64,000 nucleotides of DNA from Felis catus (taxonomy: Eukaryota). Made by a program: the position numbers and the translations under genes. The notes below the pieces were generated by a model, which was not told the DNA's origin, did not search any database, and worked only from the letters and a program-made list of their open reading frames with translations. The DNA is taken from the NCBI RefSeq assembly GCF_018350175.1, contig NC_058383.1, forward strand, positions 23,128,001 to 23,192,000, written 5' to 3'. Positions 37,930 to 50,324 of this stretch are shown here, piece after piece (within the stretch, counting starts at the first letter, position 1; the number at the start of each line of letters is the position of its first letter).

Positions 37930-38924
37930 AGGTCATGTAATTCAAAATGTTAAAGCATTAAATGAGTTAATATTTTAAAAATCCTTAGAATGGAGCCTGG
38001 TACACAGTAAGTGCTTTCCACTAGCATAGCCATTATGAAAGATTATGGTTTTTACCACTCATCCAATATATAGTTAAAACAAAAACTTAAAAAAATTAAT
38101 ACACGTAAGGATGTCTACAAAATCTGTGTTGGAAATATTAAGTGCTAAGCGCTATCAGCATTCTCCACCCCCTCGTTTTGTGTGCACCCCCTGTTGCTGA
38201 TGCCCCAAGTATATTCTCGTCTTAGGAAATCCCAGCTGAAATGCCTGGATGGAAGGATTGTCCCTTGTCTCATGGCAGACATTAAAAAGGCTCTAGCCAA
38301 CCCCCTCCCTGCAGGGGCCCGGGGTTTCAGCAGGCTTCATCTGTATTCAAGCCGGGGAGCCACAGCACAGAGCAAGAAATTCACATGCACATTTGAGATC
38401 CTGTGAAGCCTGTTCTCCAGACCATGGTCTGTAGGGAGGGCAGAGCCCTTCCCACTGACCTGCGCCTCTGCCCTCCCTCCTCGGGGGTTGTGCTCATTAG
38501 ACGGAGAGTTCAGTTAATGGGGGTGCATATGGGCACCAGCCAGGATCCTATGCATGCTCTGCATACATGGCCTTGGAGGGCCCAAAGGGTTACAGAGACC
38601 AAGGCCTTTGCCCATTTCTGCAGTCGCAGAAGCAGATACAGTTCTGTTTCTTTAACAAAGTTCCACTGAATGGTATTAATAGAAAGAGATTGAGCCGTCT
38701 CCCCACCCTTGTATTATGTGATATCATGAAATCATCCCCTGGCGGAGGAGGGATGTCATTGTGAGCAGTCCTCTCTCCTTGAGGGCTCTGGTTTACATCC
38801 GGCTCATTATTACTTTCCAAGCCCCCAAATGTTCTAAAATGCTTAACAGAAAAAATACTAGAGCCTAAGAGAAAAAGATAAAGTGTTGAAAGAAATAATA
38901 TAGACTGTCCCAGGATTTCTTGCC

Positions 38925-39136
38925 TTTTTTTAAATTAATTTTTTAATGTTTATTTATTTTTGAGAGAGAGAAACAGAATGTGCTCAGGGGAGGAGAGGAG
39001 AGAGAGGGAGACACAGAATCTGAAGCAGGCTCCAGGCTCTGAGCTGTCAGCATAGCGAGCAACGTGGGACTCAAACCCACGAACCACGAGATCATGACCT
39101 GAGCCAAAGTCAGATGCTTAACTAACTGAGCCACCC
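38925..39136 (-). mobile_element. Can-SINE
   Basis: aatgtttatttatttttgagagag...gacacagaatctgaagcaggctccagg...actgagccaccc. Confidence 0.92.
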
Positions 39137-39774
39137 CTCAACCTTTGTTCTTTTATATTGTTTTCCTCCTGGGCACACAGACTGTGGCATAGATAAGGGG
39201 TACAGGGAATAAATGACTCAGAACACAGGCCTTGATGGCAAACAGATTTGTGTTCATGTCTCAACTGAGTTACTTACTGGCTATGTGAGCTTGATCATGC
39301 TGTGTGGGCTTCTTAAGGCATGGTGGCTGGGTTCTGAGAAGGGGCAAGAGCAGGTGTTCCACAACTGTGCAGAGGCTGAAAGTCTTCTTATGACTTCGCG
39401 TCAGAGGTCCCAGGACTGTTGCTACATTCTAGTGCTCCAGCAAGTCACTAAGAGAATTCCAGGTTCAAGAACAGGGGAGTAAGACCCACTTCTCAATGGA
39501 AGGAGTGTCAGAAAATTTGTGTCCATCTTTAAGCCACTGCAGAGGCCAATCCAAACAAGCATGAAAATGTTTCCCAAGCATCTCAGCAGAGACGACAAAG
39601 GTGTATGGATCCAGGGTGGGGGTTTTGTAGGGCAGGTGAGGTTAAGAGGATGGGGAGAAAGAAAGGAGGACAGTAAGGTTAGTGCCAAAGGCCCCTCATT
39701 CCTCTAATGATAATCATTGTCATCATCATCATCATTACTCTGTTAATAAAATTAATTCTTATGGAATGCTTTCT

Positions 39775-39979
39775 TAATTTCTTTAACATTTATTCATTTT
39801 TGAGAGACAGAGTGTGACTGGGGGAGGGGCAGAGAGAGAGGCAGACACAGAATTGGAAGCAGGCTCCAGGCTCTGAGCTGTCACCACAGAGCCCGATGCC
39901 GGGCTTAAACTCACGGATGGTGAGATCAAGACTTGAGCTGAAGCTGGATGCTTAACTGACTGAGCCACCCAGGCACCCC
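39775..39979 (-). mobile_element. Can-SINE
   Basis: Perfect 16-bp TSD ttatggaatgctttct at 39759-39774 and 39981-39996. Confidence 0.93.
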
Positions 39980-40555
39980 TTTATGGAATGCTTTCTATGT
40001 GCTAATTTGTCCACAACAATCCAATTGGGTAGTAACCATTATCCCTATTGCAAGGAGAAGAAACTGAGCAAAAGAAACACTAAGTAACTATATCAAGCCC
40101 AGACAGCATGCAAGCAATAGTATCAAGCTTTGAACAAAAGGAAGCTAGCTCTGGAGTCCCTGCTCTCAGCCAATATCCTCCACAGCCTACCATTATTGCC
40201 TAGCTAGCCATTACTGAGCACCTGCTATGTCCCAGGCCTTGTGTTAAGTCCTTTGTTGTCTCATTTATTACCAAATAGAAATGAGAAATACGGCTGGAAG
40301 TCAGCTCTGGAATCCTACAGTGGGTATAATTGCCACTAATTGCATCCGATTCAGCCTCCCATGCCGTTCTTTTTCGATTGTCTGTGCCTGGGATTTACAA
40401 TAGGGAGGGAGGTGAGTGACCATGTCACCATCTTTAGTGAGCACTAAAGATGGACAAACCAAGTGAGTCCTGTCTCTCAGACCACCAAAGTGAGATATAG
40501 CTCAGAGTTTCCCAAGGCAGCCCCACAGACTGAGTGTTAGAATGATCCATCGCCT

Positions 40556-40773
40556 CGGGTGCCTGGGTGGCTCACTTGGTTAAGCTTCCGACTTCAGCTC
40601 AGGTCATGATCTCACAGCTTATAAGTTCAAGCCTCGCATCAGGCTCTGTGCTGACAGCTCAGAGCCTGGAGCCTGCTTCAGATTCCGGGTCTCCCTCTCT
40701 CTCTAACCCTCCCCTGTTTGCACTCTGTCTCTCTCAAAAATAAACATTAAAAAATAAATATAAAAAAAAAAAA
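40556..40773 (+). mobile_element. Can-SINE
   Basis: TSD agaatgatccat(c/g)gcct at 40539-40555 and 40774-40790. Confidence 0.93.
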
Positions 40774-41790
40774 AGAATGATCCATGGCCTGATGGCTACA
40801 GCTCAATTAGATCTAGATAGTATAGTCGTATCACTGTTTAAGGAGCTCAAATATAAAATACTATATGCATTTAATGAGTAAGGCCATACGTGGTTATACT
40901 AGTAGAAGAGATGTGCCTCTTTTTGACCCCCTCATGCACCCCTTCCATGGACCAGATGAGTACGTCTTGACCATAAACAACGATGTTGGTGTGCTCTTCA
41001 TTTCCAAAGATGGCGAGATTTGTTGTCAAAGAACCTATCCCTATTCTCACTCTAGAGTTAATGCCTCTGGACACGTGGGCTGACCTTGGCCCTGAGTGTT
41101 AATCTTTCCATGCACGGACAACCCCTTGCTTACTTAGGTCATTGTGCAAGGACACAGTGATCAGTGAGGGTCCATGAGGAATGCTATCACCAGGCTCCAC
41201 TGCAGGGGGGGTGAGGAATTGATTCCAACCTCTGAAACTGTCCCCAGGGCAAGCATGGGTAGTCTCTTAAGTGGAACGATGGTAACAGTGTCATCACCCA
41301 CAGAATCCATTAAGACAGAACTTTGTTGCTGCTTGGGTCAGAGGCAATGGTTTGTTTACCTTTGTCACTGGTTCTCCTAGATATAAACCCCAACATCTCT
41401 GAAAGACTTGACTGAGTTTGACAATTAAACCAAAACAAATTTACACTTGACTTCATTCTTCAACTGATTTCCAGACAGGCTGGAGAGTGAAGCTAATGCT
41501 GGAGATTCTGCATTTGTAGTGACATTTGCGTGAGTTTCTGTGGTGAATTTCAGCACCCTGAACAGATTCTGGATTAGAAAGGTGGTGGCAGCAGAACAGG
41601 GGATTGAGAGTGTAGGTGGCAAGCAATTAGCTGAAATGAGGGACTGTGGGGTTTAGACTGGTTAGGGGAAGGAGTGAAGTCCAGAAGTTCACAGGCTGAG
41701 AAAAAGAGAAGGATAAGACCCTGAAGGCATCAATGTTATTGGAGCGATGGAGAGGATAAGAAGTTACAGCTGGAGGATTTAGCATTTATC

Positions 41791-42017
41791 TTAAAAAAAA
41801 ACTTTTTTTAATGTTTATTTATTCTTGAGAGATAGAGAAACACAGAGCATGAGCAGGGGAGGGGCTGAGAAAGAGGGAGACACAGAATCTGAAGCAGGCT
41901 CCAGGCTCTGAGCTGTCAGCAGCACAGAGCCTGATGCGGGGCTTGAACTCACAAACTGTCAGATCATGACCTGAGCCTAAGTCAGACACCTAACTATCTG
42001 AGCCACCCAGGCACCCC
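41791..42017 (-). mobile_element. Can-SINE inside an L2-like relic
   Basis: TSD atttagcatttat at 41777-41789 and 42022-42034. Confidence 0.92.
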
Positions 42018-42846
42018 AAGAATTTAGCATTTATGACATGAGGCACTTCTAAGAGTTGCCAAGAAGTTCCAGGTATGGCTCAAGTTGTTATAGGGGAGAC
42101 ATCACGGTTGTAGAGTTCAAGAACTGGGGGGCTTTTTGTTGGGGAGGTCATCCTTATGGACAGTGAAGTTACCCAAGATCTAGGGGAATGTCCAGGAGGT
42201 CATGGATGTCAGTGATGAGGCTACAGAGAGAGGTGGTCAGGGGTGGCATGAACTTCTTTTTTGCTTGGGGTTAGAATAATTGGGGAAGAAGCTCGGGATA
42301 AAGTAGGAATGGGAAATACCTAGAGGATAGATGATCTAAGCTGTTTGCTTCTTCTGTGGTGGCCAAGAATGGCAGAGCTGCCTGGTGGCATGAACTGCCT
42401 TCAGGTTTCTGGCTCAAGCTAATACTTTTGCAAGAGTCCAAGAGGTATTGGCTGCTTCTGACTTTTGCTTGAGGTCTCACTTAGTGGGTCTTGACAAACA
42501 ATTTGTTCCAGAAGCAAATAAGGGAGTGGGTTGGGAAGCCACCATGGTGGACCCAACTCTTACCTGAATGACACATAAGCACACATCTTTGTGTGGAATC
42601 ACTTACCTACCCTCCTTTTATGTTTTGATGGGATTTTGGAGTGAAGAAAGCCCCTGATGGCCTCTGAACTCAGAAGAAGCTCCCTTCCTGTGGAAATTCC
42701 CATCACAACTTCCCTTGTACTGGTCTAACCTCTCTTATTCCCCCCAGGATACCAGCTGTGTCCATAATTGCAGTTGTGTTACAGATGCTTCTCAAATGAT
42801 AAGTGTCTTCCCTTTTGGACCTTTGACCCACTCCTAACTACCCACA

Positions 42847-42848
<2 letters not shown>

Positions 42849-42888
<40 letters not shown>
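42849..42888. repeat. (TG)20 microsatellite
   Basis: Direct count. Confidence 0.97.
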
Positions 42889-42889
<1 letters not shown>

Positions 42890-44299
42890 CTTGTGAGGGA
42901 ATAATTATTTTAGATATTAACCGAGGATTCTCTCTTTCCTTGTCCATTAAGTCAAGGGCTTTTAGTACTTCTGAAGAGGAATGGTAGAGCGGAAAGGCAG
43001 GTGAGTGCATGCTATCTGGTGAGAAAGGTCTGGAAATAGCCGAATATCTGACCAGTGAAACTCTGCCATACGAATGAGCAGATCTCAGCCAGGACTCTGC
43101 AAAGACGATGAACAATGTCCAAAGCAGAAGGAGAACAGGGTGGCTTGGAGGATGCCAACATGGGCGATGAAAAGTGACCAAGGACCAGATTCACCCTTGG
43201 CATTTGGCCCTTCTACCCACAGAATATAGGTGTCTCCCCCATCCTGGAAGAAGCTGGGGTGGAGACTCTTTGAATTGCTGAGATTGTATTTCCACTACCG
43301 AAAAGAATTGGGGCTTAGGATGCCAATAAAGATCAGCTATAGAACCATCCAGAAAGCTCAATTTGTGGACTGAAATTCTTACTTCTGGGGGGCAGTCTGT
43401 CAGGAATTCTAATCATCATGCTTTAGATTAAATTGCATGTGTGCATGAGTACTGATAGCAAACATTAGAAATAAAGCCACGTTTCCTCAGGGCAACGCTG
43501 CGTCTCTGAGAGAATTGGGGAGCTAGGGGGAGGTAGCTTTCAGAAGTCACGTCTGGCTTTTTAAATGATGGTCCCTGTGATAAGAATGAAGGAGGAGAAG
43601 TGCAGCTGAGTAGGGATTGAGGGAAACAAGAGCAGGAAGGGAGGTTTGCTTCAGGAGATCTCTTTTAAAGGTGGAATTTCAGAGAGTCCTAGATCTTCTA
43701 CTGGAGAGGGCAGGGCCAGGCCATCAAGGCAGAGAAGATTCTGGTATCAGACCAAAACACCTGCCTCTTAGTTCTCCTGGAGGCAAGCCATTGGGTGGGT
43801 TGGGGAGGAGTGGGTGTCAGGATTCTCTTAGACGTGGGGCTCTCAAGGGTGGAACTGGTGGTCAGGGCCCTTGGCCTCAGGAGCTCGGCCCTCATTAGCA
43901 GTCTCTGGTGCCCCCGAGCGTGTATTGGAATAGTTTAGACATAAATGCCGCGTTCCTGATTGACTTGTTTCCATTGAGTCCATACCTATTAGGGATCTGT
44001 TGGTAATTATCCAGCTTCACTTCAGCCCCTGGGGGCCTGTATTCCGCAGCAGTAATGAGTCTGAGCAGCCTCTCTGGCATAATAAACAGCACCGGAACGG
44101 GCACAAGGGCACTGGCTTCCTCTCTCAACAGGGCAACTCGGGCTTCAAGGACGATGAAGAGACGCACGATCACAGGCGAGCTTTAATTGCTTTTGTAAAA
44201 CTGCAGATGAGTAGCAGGCTTTGAGATCCCCTGAGTCTCCATTGAGAAGTGAGATCTCTATTCATTTTTCTTGTTTAGAAAGTAGTGGGATTAGTCACA

Positions 44300-44505
44300 A
44301 CAACAACAGCTATCATTGAGTGAGTATTTATTATGTGCCAGGCTCTGTATTAAGTGCTTTCTGTACATTATTTTCTTTAAAACTTATCCCCACTTTATGA
44401 GCTAGGGGCCACTGTCACCCACATTTTACAGATGGAGAAAGCGAGGCTCTGAAGAATTGATGTGATTTGCCCAGGTGGTAAAGGATGGATCTGGTTGTAA
44501 ATCTG
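44300..44505 (-). mobile_element. MIR
   Basis: tattatgtgccaggctctgtattaagtgcttt; cattttacagatggagaaagcgaggctc. Confidence 0.8.
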
Positions 44506-45214
44506 GGGATGCTTGGGCAGGAGGCAGGGGTCCCAGATAGGGGGGTAAGAGGAATATTTTCTGGTTCCCTTTGTCTTCAAGCTTGATGAGAGGATGGCTA
44601 GTTAAATGACATAGAGGCAAAACAATATTTTCATATATGAAGTCTTTGTCACAGACTCTCCTAAAGAAGGAGAGAAGACACCAATAAAATCTCCTAAAAT
44701 CTGCCTGTTGAACAATCTCCATGTTCATGTAAGTTACTGGAGGACCCCAAGAGTTCACAACCCGCCAAGAGCTGTAGCAAGAGGCCCCAATAACCACATA
44801 TGCAATATCTAGGAAAGAAAGAGGGTTTTAAGATAATACAGATAATATGATTTTTTAAAGGAAAGGAAAGAAGCAACCATATGCACCAATGATTGGAATG
44901 ATGTGTATAGCCATCTGAATGGTAGATTTCTAGATGAATTTTCCCTCAGTTTTGTTCTGTATAATGAACCTATTTTTAATTTTTAAAAATCTCCAAAACA
45001 GTTATTTAAAAAAACAATAATAAAAACTCTCCTAAAAATTCAGCTGTGTATATAAACCACTTCAAAAAAAGTGGAAATGAAATATGACATCTTTGGTTTT
45101 ATGGGATAAGCTAAAGCTGGATTCAGGAAAAATAATTGCCTTAAATGTTTTAGCCATTAAAAGTAAAGTGAAAACAAAAGAAATGAGCATTGACCTCAAG
45201 AATTAGGAAGAGAA

Positions 45215-45425
45215 GGGGCGCCTGGGTGGCTTAGTCAGTTAAGCGGCCGACTTCGGCTCAGGTCATGATCTCGTGGTCTGTGAGTTCGAGCCCTGCATCG
45301 GGCTCTGTGCTGACAGCTCAGAGCCTGGAGCCTGTTTCAGATTCTGTGTCTCCCTCTCTCTGATCCTCCCCCATTCATGCTCTGTCTCTCTCTGTCTCAA
45401 AAATAAATAAACGTTAAAAAAAAAA
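45215..45425 (+). mobile_element. Young felid SINE
   Basis: Perfect 17-bp TSD aagaattaggaagagaa at 45198-45214 and 45426-45442. Confidence 0.95.
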
Positions 45426-45904
45426 AAGAATTAGGAAGAGAAGGTCAACAAAATAAACACAAGGAGATCAGGACAGAGCACTTAAAAAAAAAAAGAACAA
45501 TCAAACTGAACTAGAAAATCTAAGACCAATAAAAATTGATAGCTAACTGTAAGACCTGGTTCTTTTAAATGGCCAGTGAAATAGATAAACCTCTGGGAAA
45601 TCTAAGAAACTAAGCAAAATTCAGAATGGAAGAGAAACCAGATGTATGGAATTAGAGGATATTTTAAAATAATTATCAAAGGATATACTACAATACATTG
45701 CAAATGAATTTGAAAATCTGGACTAATTTCTTTCCAAGGAAGATACAAATGAATGAAATTGACTAAAGAAAGAAGTGGAACATGCATATGGACCAGTAGC
45801 CCTGAAAGAAATAGTAAAACAAATAAATAAAACTATACTTCTCCAAAAGAGTCCGTGCTCAGATAACTTTATGGATGAGGTTTTAATTTTTTTAAAATAT
45901 TAAT

Positions 45905-46013
45905 TTTACTTTATTTTTTGTTTAAGTAAGCTCTATTACCAATATGGGGCTTGAACTCATGACCCAGAGATCGAGAGTCACATGCACTACCCACTGAGCC
46001 AGCCAGGCACCAC
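45905..46013 (-). mobile_element. Short tRNA-like Can-SINE variant
   Basis: ggggcttgaactcatgacccagagatcgagagtcacatgc...ctgagccagccaggcacc. Confidence 0.8.
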
Positions 46014-47051
46014 TATGGGTAAGTCATTTCTTGAAGCATGACCCAGTCAAGCTTAGTCTTGTAATGCAAGGATGGTTTAATATTAGGAACATTATCAACA
46101 TATCTGATTATATCAATAAATACATAGAGGGAAGCCAAATGGTCAACTCTATAGATTTTGTTTAAAACATGGGTAGTCATTAGTATGCATTTTTCTTAAT
46201 GACTCTAGAATAAAGGAGTAGTTCCTTAACGTGATGAAGAATTTCTATCTTAAAACAACTTCCACATTCACTTAAAAGCAAAATACCAGAGATAATGCCA
46301 TATGGCCAAGGGCAAAAAGAGATGCCTATTACGATCCTCCTATGATCAGTATTTAATACTGTGGTTTTTAAGCAAAGATTTTCAAAGATAATAATATTTA
46401 GTCAGAGACCGTCTGAGATGTGGCCTCTTCTGGGGATACTACTGTTTGGTGTCTCTTCAAATCTAATTTAAAGAATTAAACATTTGAATTACACAAGCTG
46501 TATGTGCTTATTGACACAATTCAAACAACTGAGGTAATTCAAGTATCTAAACTAAAATTAATAATCTTTTCTTCCCCTCTACAGATTAATATCCCGGATA
46601 GGCATTGTTAAAAATGTTGTATATTATCTTCCATATTTTCCTTTGCTCATATAAGGAAATGCAAACCTATGAGCACTTATGTAAGTTCTCTTTAAAAAGT
46701 GGGGAGTACAAAAGATATTGTTCTTCTGCTTGCTTTTATCAGTTAACAGTTTACCTTGGATAACCTTCCAGTTAATGCAAAATACTCTACATATTAAAAC
46801 TGATGCCCACTAAACATTTGTTGAGTAGTTAAAAAGCAGAGTGTCCTAGTGCTACGTGGGGAAGAGTGGAAACGGAAGATAATTTACAGTAGTTTTCAGC
46901 CTCTGTCTGTGCCCCAGCAATTTGGCTGTGACCCTGAATCTTGCATGATACAATATGCAAAATGACATCCCTGTAGTTGCTTGAACCCACTTTCCTTAGA
47001 GAGAAGGATAATGACCATCCATTTGTTCCTTAAGTAAACCTCTTGAGGGGC

Positions 47052-47195
47052 TTCACCCCTCCTCTACAAATGGCCCAGCATATTCCTTTAGCTGCATAAG
47101 AACCTCTCTTTGAGAGTTTTGGTGAATACAATGTTCAGTAACATTTGAGTCTCTCAGTGATGCTTTCACTGATGCCCCAGGTGAGTGTTTAGGTG
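47052..47195 (-). repeat. Left arm of an unassigned ~150-bp inverted repeat
   Basis: Reverse complement aligns by hand to 48412-48562 with about 18 substitutions and 3 short gaps. Confidence 0.9.
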
Positions 47196-47219
47196 TCTTG
47201 CCCCATAATCTGCCTCTGA

Positions 47220-47880
47220 ATCTACTGATGAGGGGGTGAGAAATGAGCACTCATACATAGTCTGTGAAAATTCGGTACAATATTTATGTAGGGCAACTTG
47301 TGCATCAAAATTGGCATACTGTTGGGGCACCTGGGTGGCTCATTCAGTTAAGTGTCTGACTTTGGCTCATGTCATGATCTCACAGTTAGTGAGTTTGAGC
47401 CCCTCTGTGCTGACAGCACAGAGCCTGGAGACTGCTTTGAGTTCTGTGTCTCCCTCTCTATGCCCCTCCCCCACTCAAGCTCTCTGTCTCTCTCTCTCAA
47501 AAATAAATAAACATTAAAAAAATGGGCAAACTGTTTTACCAGGTAGTTTAACATAAAACAATATAATGTAAATAAATAAATTTATAATAGAAATAATAGA
47601 AATAAAATAATCAGAGCTATGGTTAAGCTTTTCTGGACAATGTATTTACAGTATTAAAAAATTGGAAACAATCTTTATACTCATTACCAGGAAATATAAT
47701 TATGGTACATTCATGCAATGGAATTCTATATGGTTGTTAAAAACAATGTTAAATAAAAATATTTATTGTCCAGGAAAATAGTTATAATGTGTGGTTGTAT
47801 GAGAGACATGACTTTGACATATTAAATATTATATATACATACACACAGATAAAAATGTTGACAGAGTATTTGCAAAGTTC
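47220..47880 (+). mobile_element. L1ME-like ORF2-end/3'UTR relic, split by a SINE
   Basis: gcactcatacat...ggtacaa...agggcaac; aaattggaaacaatc; ttatggtacattcatgcaatggaattctat. Confidence 0.6.
47324..47522 (+). mobile_element. Can-SINE
   Basis: ggggcacctgggtggctc head; degenerate TSD aaaattggcatactgtt / aaaatgggcaaactgtt. Confidence 0.92.
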
Positions 47881-48411
47881 TCCACTTTTATACATAAGGT
47901 TTTGCTAAAAGTTATTTTTGGAAGTTGGTTCTCTGAAACTGTAGACTCACATATTACAAAGAATTTCTATTTCTAGAGAGCTAAAAACAATGAAAATCCT
48001 GACTTATGGTTGCTACAAATCTCATATGGAGGGGGAGATTCTTTAGAGGTGCTCTCTCTGAGCTGAGGGTGGGAGGGTGTTGACAGTATGGATCTGCCCT
48101 CAGTAGTGTTCACTGAATACCCACCTTGTGCCAGTGCCTCTGCTGGGCACCAGAGACATACCAGGGAATGAAACCAGATTCATTTCTTACTCCCAGGTAG
48201 CTCACAGTCCAGGAGGTGGGACACTTCTTACTGGAATAATCAGATGAATGAATGCATCCTCAAAGAAAAGAACACATCCACTTTCCCACTTAGGAGAGAC
48301 AATTGGGAAAATGGCCTTGAGCATCTACCTTTATGCAGGACCTGTTGGCCCTTCCCTCCCCTTCCTGGAAGTCCAGGCTGGTGGTTGGGCAGCCCCCAGT
48401 CTTAAATATTT

Positions 48412-48562
48412 CACCTAAACACTCATCTGAGGCATCAATTAAAGCATCACTGAGTGGCTCAAATGTTGCTGAACATTGTACTCGCCAAAATTCCTCTCAA
48501 AGAGAGGTTTTGATGTGGTTGGAAAGAATATGCCGATGAGCCATTTGTAGAGGAGGGATGAA
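48412..48562 (+). repeat. Right arm of the unassigned inverted repeat
   Basis: cacctaaacactcatctgaggcatc...ccatttgtagaggagggatgaa; see the left arm. Confidence 0.9.
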
Positions 48563-48809
48563 ATGCCAGAGAAGTGGCAGAGGAAACTGCCCGATCTCAT
48601 TGTCTTAGTAGCAGAGGATAAGTGGGGCCCTTGCTGACTGCCTCCCCCTCCCTGCAATGCCCATGCACAGGACAATAAGAGTGAGGCTCCTTGCCTAGGA
48701 ATAGAGCTCCTGAGCCCACCCCATGGAGAAAGCAAGGGTGGCAGGTGTAGGAGAAAGAAGGGGGAAGAGAAGTGCACCAGGAAAGTGGATGGCGTTAGAA
48801 TGGCTTCCA

Positions 48810-49065
48810 ATCATTTTCAGCCACCAGACACCCCACAGTCCAGATTAGGCCTATTTGTTTTATACAGTGGGTTTTAAAAATTGAATTAGTTCCCAGCATT
48901 TAAAAATTGGGGGTTTTATTTTAAAATCCAGATTTCTAGCCTCTTTTGAAAAATCGCGTGATTCTGGCCCCACTGGCCCCACATGCCTACATTGTAACAA
49001 TTCTCAGGAGCTGCTCTGGCCCTTTAGTTTACCTACAACTTGCTTTGTGTTGTCTTCCCAGGCCC
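48810..49065 (+). mobile_element. MER102-like hAT MITE
   Basis: ttgaattagttcccagcatttaaaaattggg; aaaatccagatttctagcctcttttgaaaaatc. Confidence 0.7.
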
Positions 49066-49069
49066 TGTA

Positions 49070-49175
49070 ACATGACTGCCAAGTACAGCTGCACAGATTG
49101 TGCACTGCACAACTTCAGAGGGTGTCATTCCCATAGACCAGTATAAACAGTGCCCCTTGGAATTGTGCAGGGTGC
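49070..49175 (+). mobile_element. hAT-Tip100 MITE MER91A-like
   Basis: gtacagctgcacagattgtgcactgcacaacttcagagggtgtcattc...gtgccccttggaattgtgca. Confidence 0.7.
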
Positions 49176-50324
49176 TGAAAACAGATGCTCCTATTTTACT
49201 TGCATTTTGGATCTCTAGATTAGGGATTTTTACATGTAATGTGCAATTTGCACAAAAGCCATATTTAAGAAAGTCAAAGATCACTTACATCTCCATATAT
49301 TAGCAGTGCTAATTTCTGGTTGGTGTCATTATGGTTGAGTTTTATTCGCTTTGAGGTTTTTCACGTTTTCACATTTTTCTGCAATGAACATGTATTCCTT
49401 CTATAATCAGAGAACAGGAGGGAAACGACAATAAATGTTACATTAAGAAAAAAGTAAATGAGGTGCCTTGGGATTCTGGCAGGAAGGAGCGCAGAGGCCA
49501 GCATTTACTTGCAAGCGAGAGGCTGGAAGCAGGCAGCGAGAGGATTTCTAATGAGGCCAAGAGTCCAGGGAATGCTCCAGAAGGGGGCTGTGATTACCAT
49601 CTGAATCTAACAGCCTTCTTTAGAAATTACTAAGTGCACAGTGTCCTGGGAACACAGGGAGACACAGAAACCGGCACAAGAGCAGGGCACATTGCCCTAG
49701 GAGTGAGGATTGAGGTTTGCTTTCTTTTCTCTCTGTTGGCGAAGGGAGGTGAGCATAGGCTCCAAGCTTGGGAGAGCTTGAATAATTGCCAAGCTGTGGC
49801 TGGTGAATAAAAGTTCAATTACAATTGTGCTTGTTAATGAAATGCAAGTGCTAGAGCAGGAAACCAGCAGAAGCAAACCTCTTTTCTGAAAGCACAAACT
49901 GGGAAGCTGCAAAGGGTGGGGTTGGGGGGTTCTGGGGAGAGCCGTTAGGTGCTCCCCTGGGCTGGAAGTACTGGGAGCAAGAGTGATTTCACTGCAGCCT
50001 CCGCAGAAACAAATTGCGTTCAAGTGCACAAGCTATAAACCCTTTTGTACTTCAATGACCTCTTCCGCAAAATGAGGATAATGATACCTTCCTAGAGGGA
50101 TCACCATAAGAACGAAATGGTGCAACTAATACAAAGTTAGTCCCCCCCCTTTTTTTTTTGCCTCAAGCTAATTCAACAAGTCAAGCACTCGCAGGAGGCA
50201 GACCACCGTGCTACACTCTGTGGGGAGGGGTAGACAGAGAGATAAGATACAGCACTATATTCTTTATGTATGTAATCTCTTTTAACATCACTATGATCCC
50301 ATAAGATAAATATTTTTATAATAG

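Larger units (their letters stand above)
45040..46350 (+). mobile_element. Old L1 ORF2 relic, split by two SINEs
   Basis: A-rich body with aatagataaacctctgg, aatgcaaggatggtttaatattagg and gttccttaacgtgatgaag. Confidence 0.65.

Noticed and set aside
47053..48539. Two similar short peptides (PKHS..AS.KASL..SNV.EHC..QNS) suggesting duplicated genes
   Set aside because: The similarity comes from the DNA inverted repeat; frames diverge after indels and the ORF starts lie outside the homologous arms.
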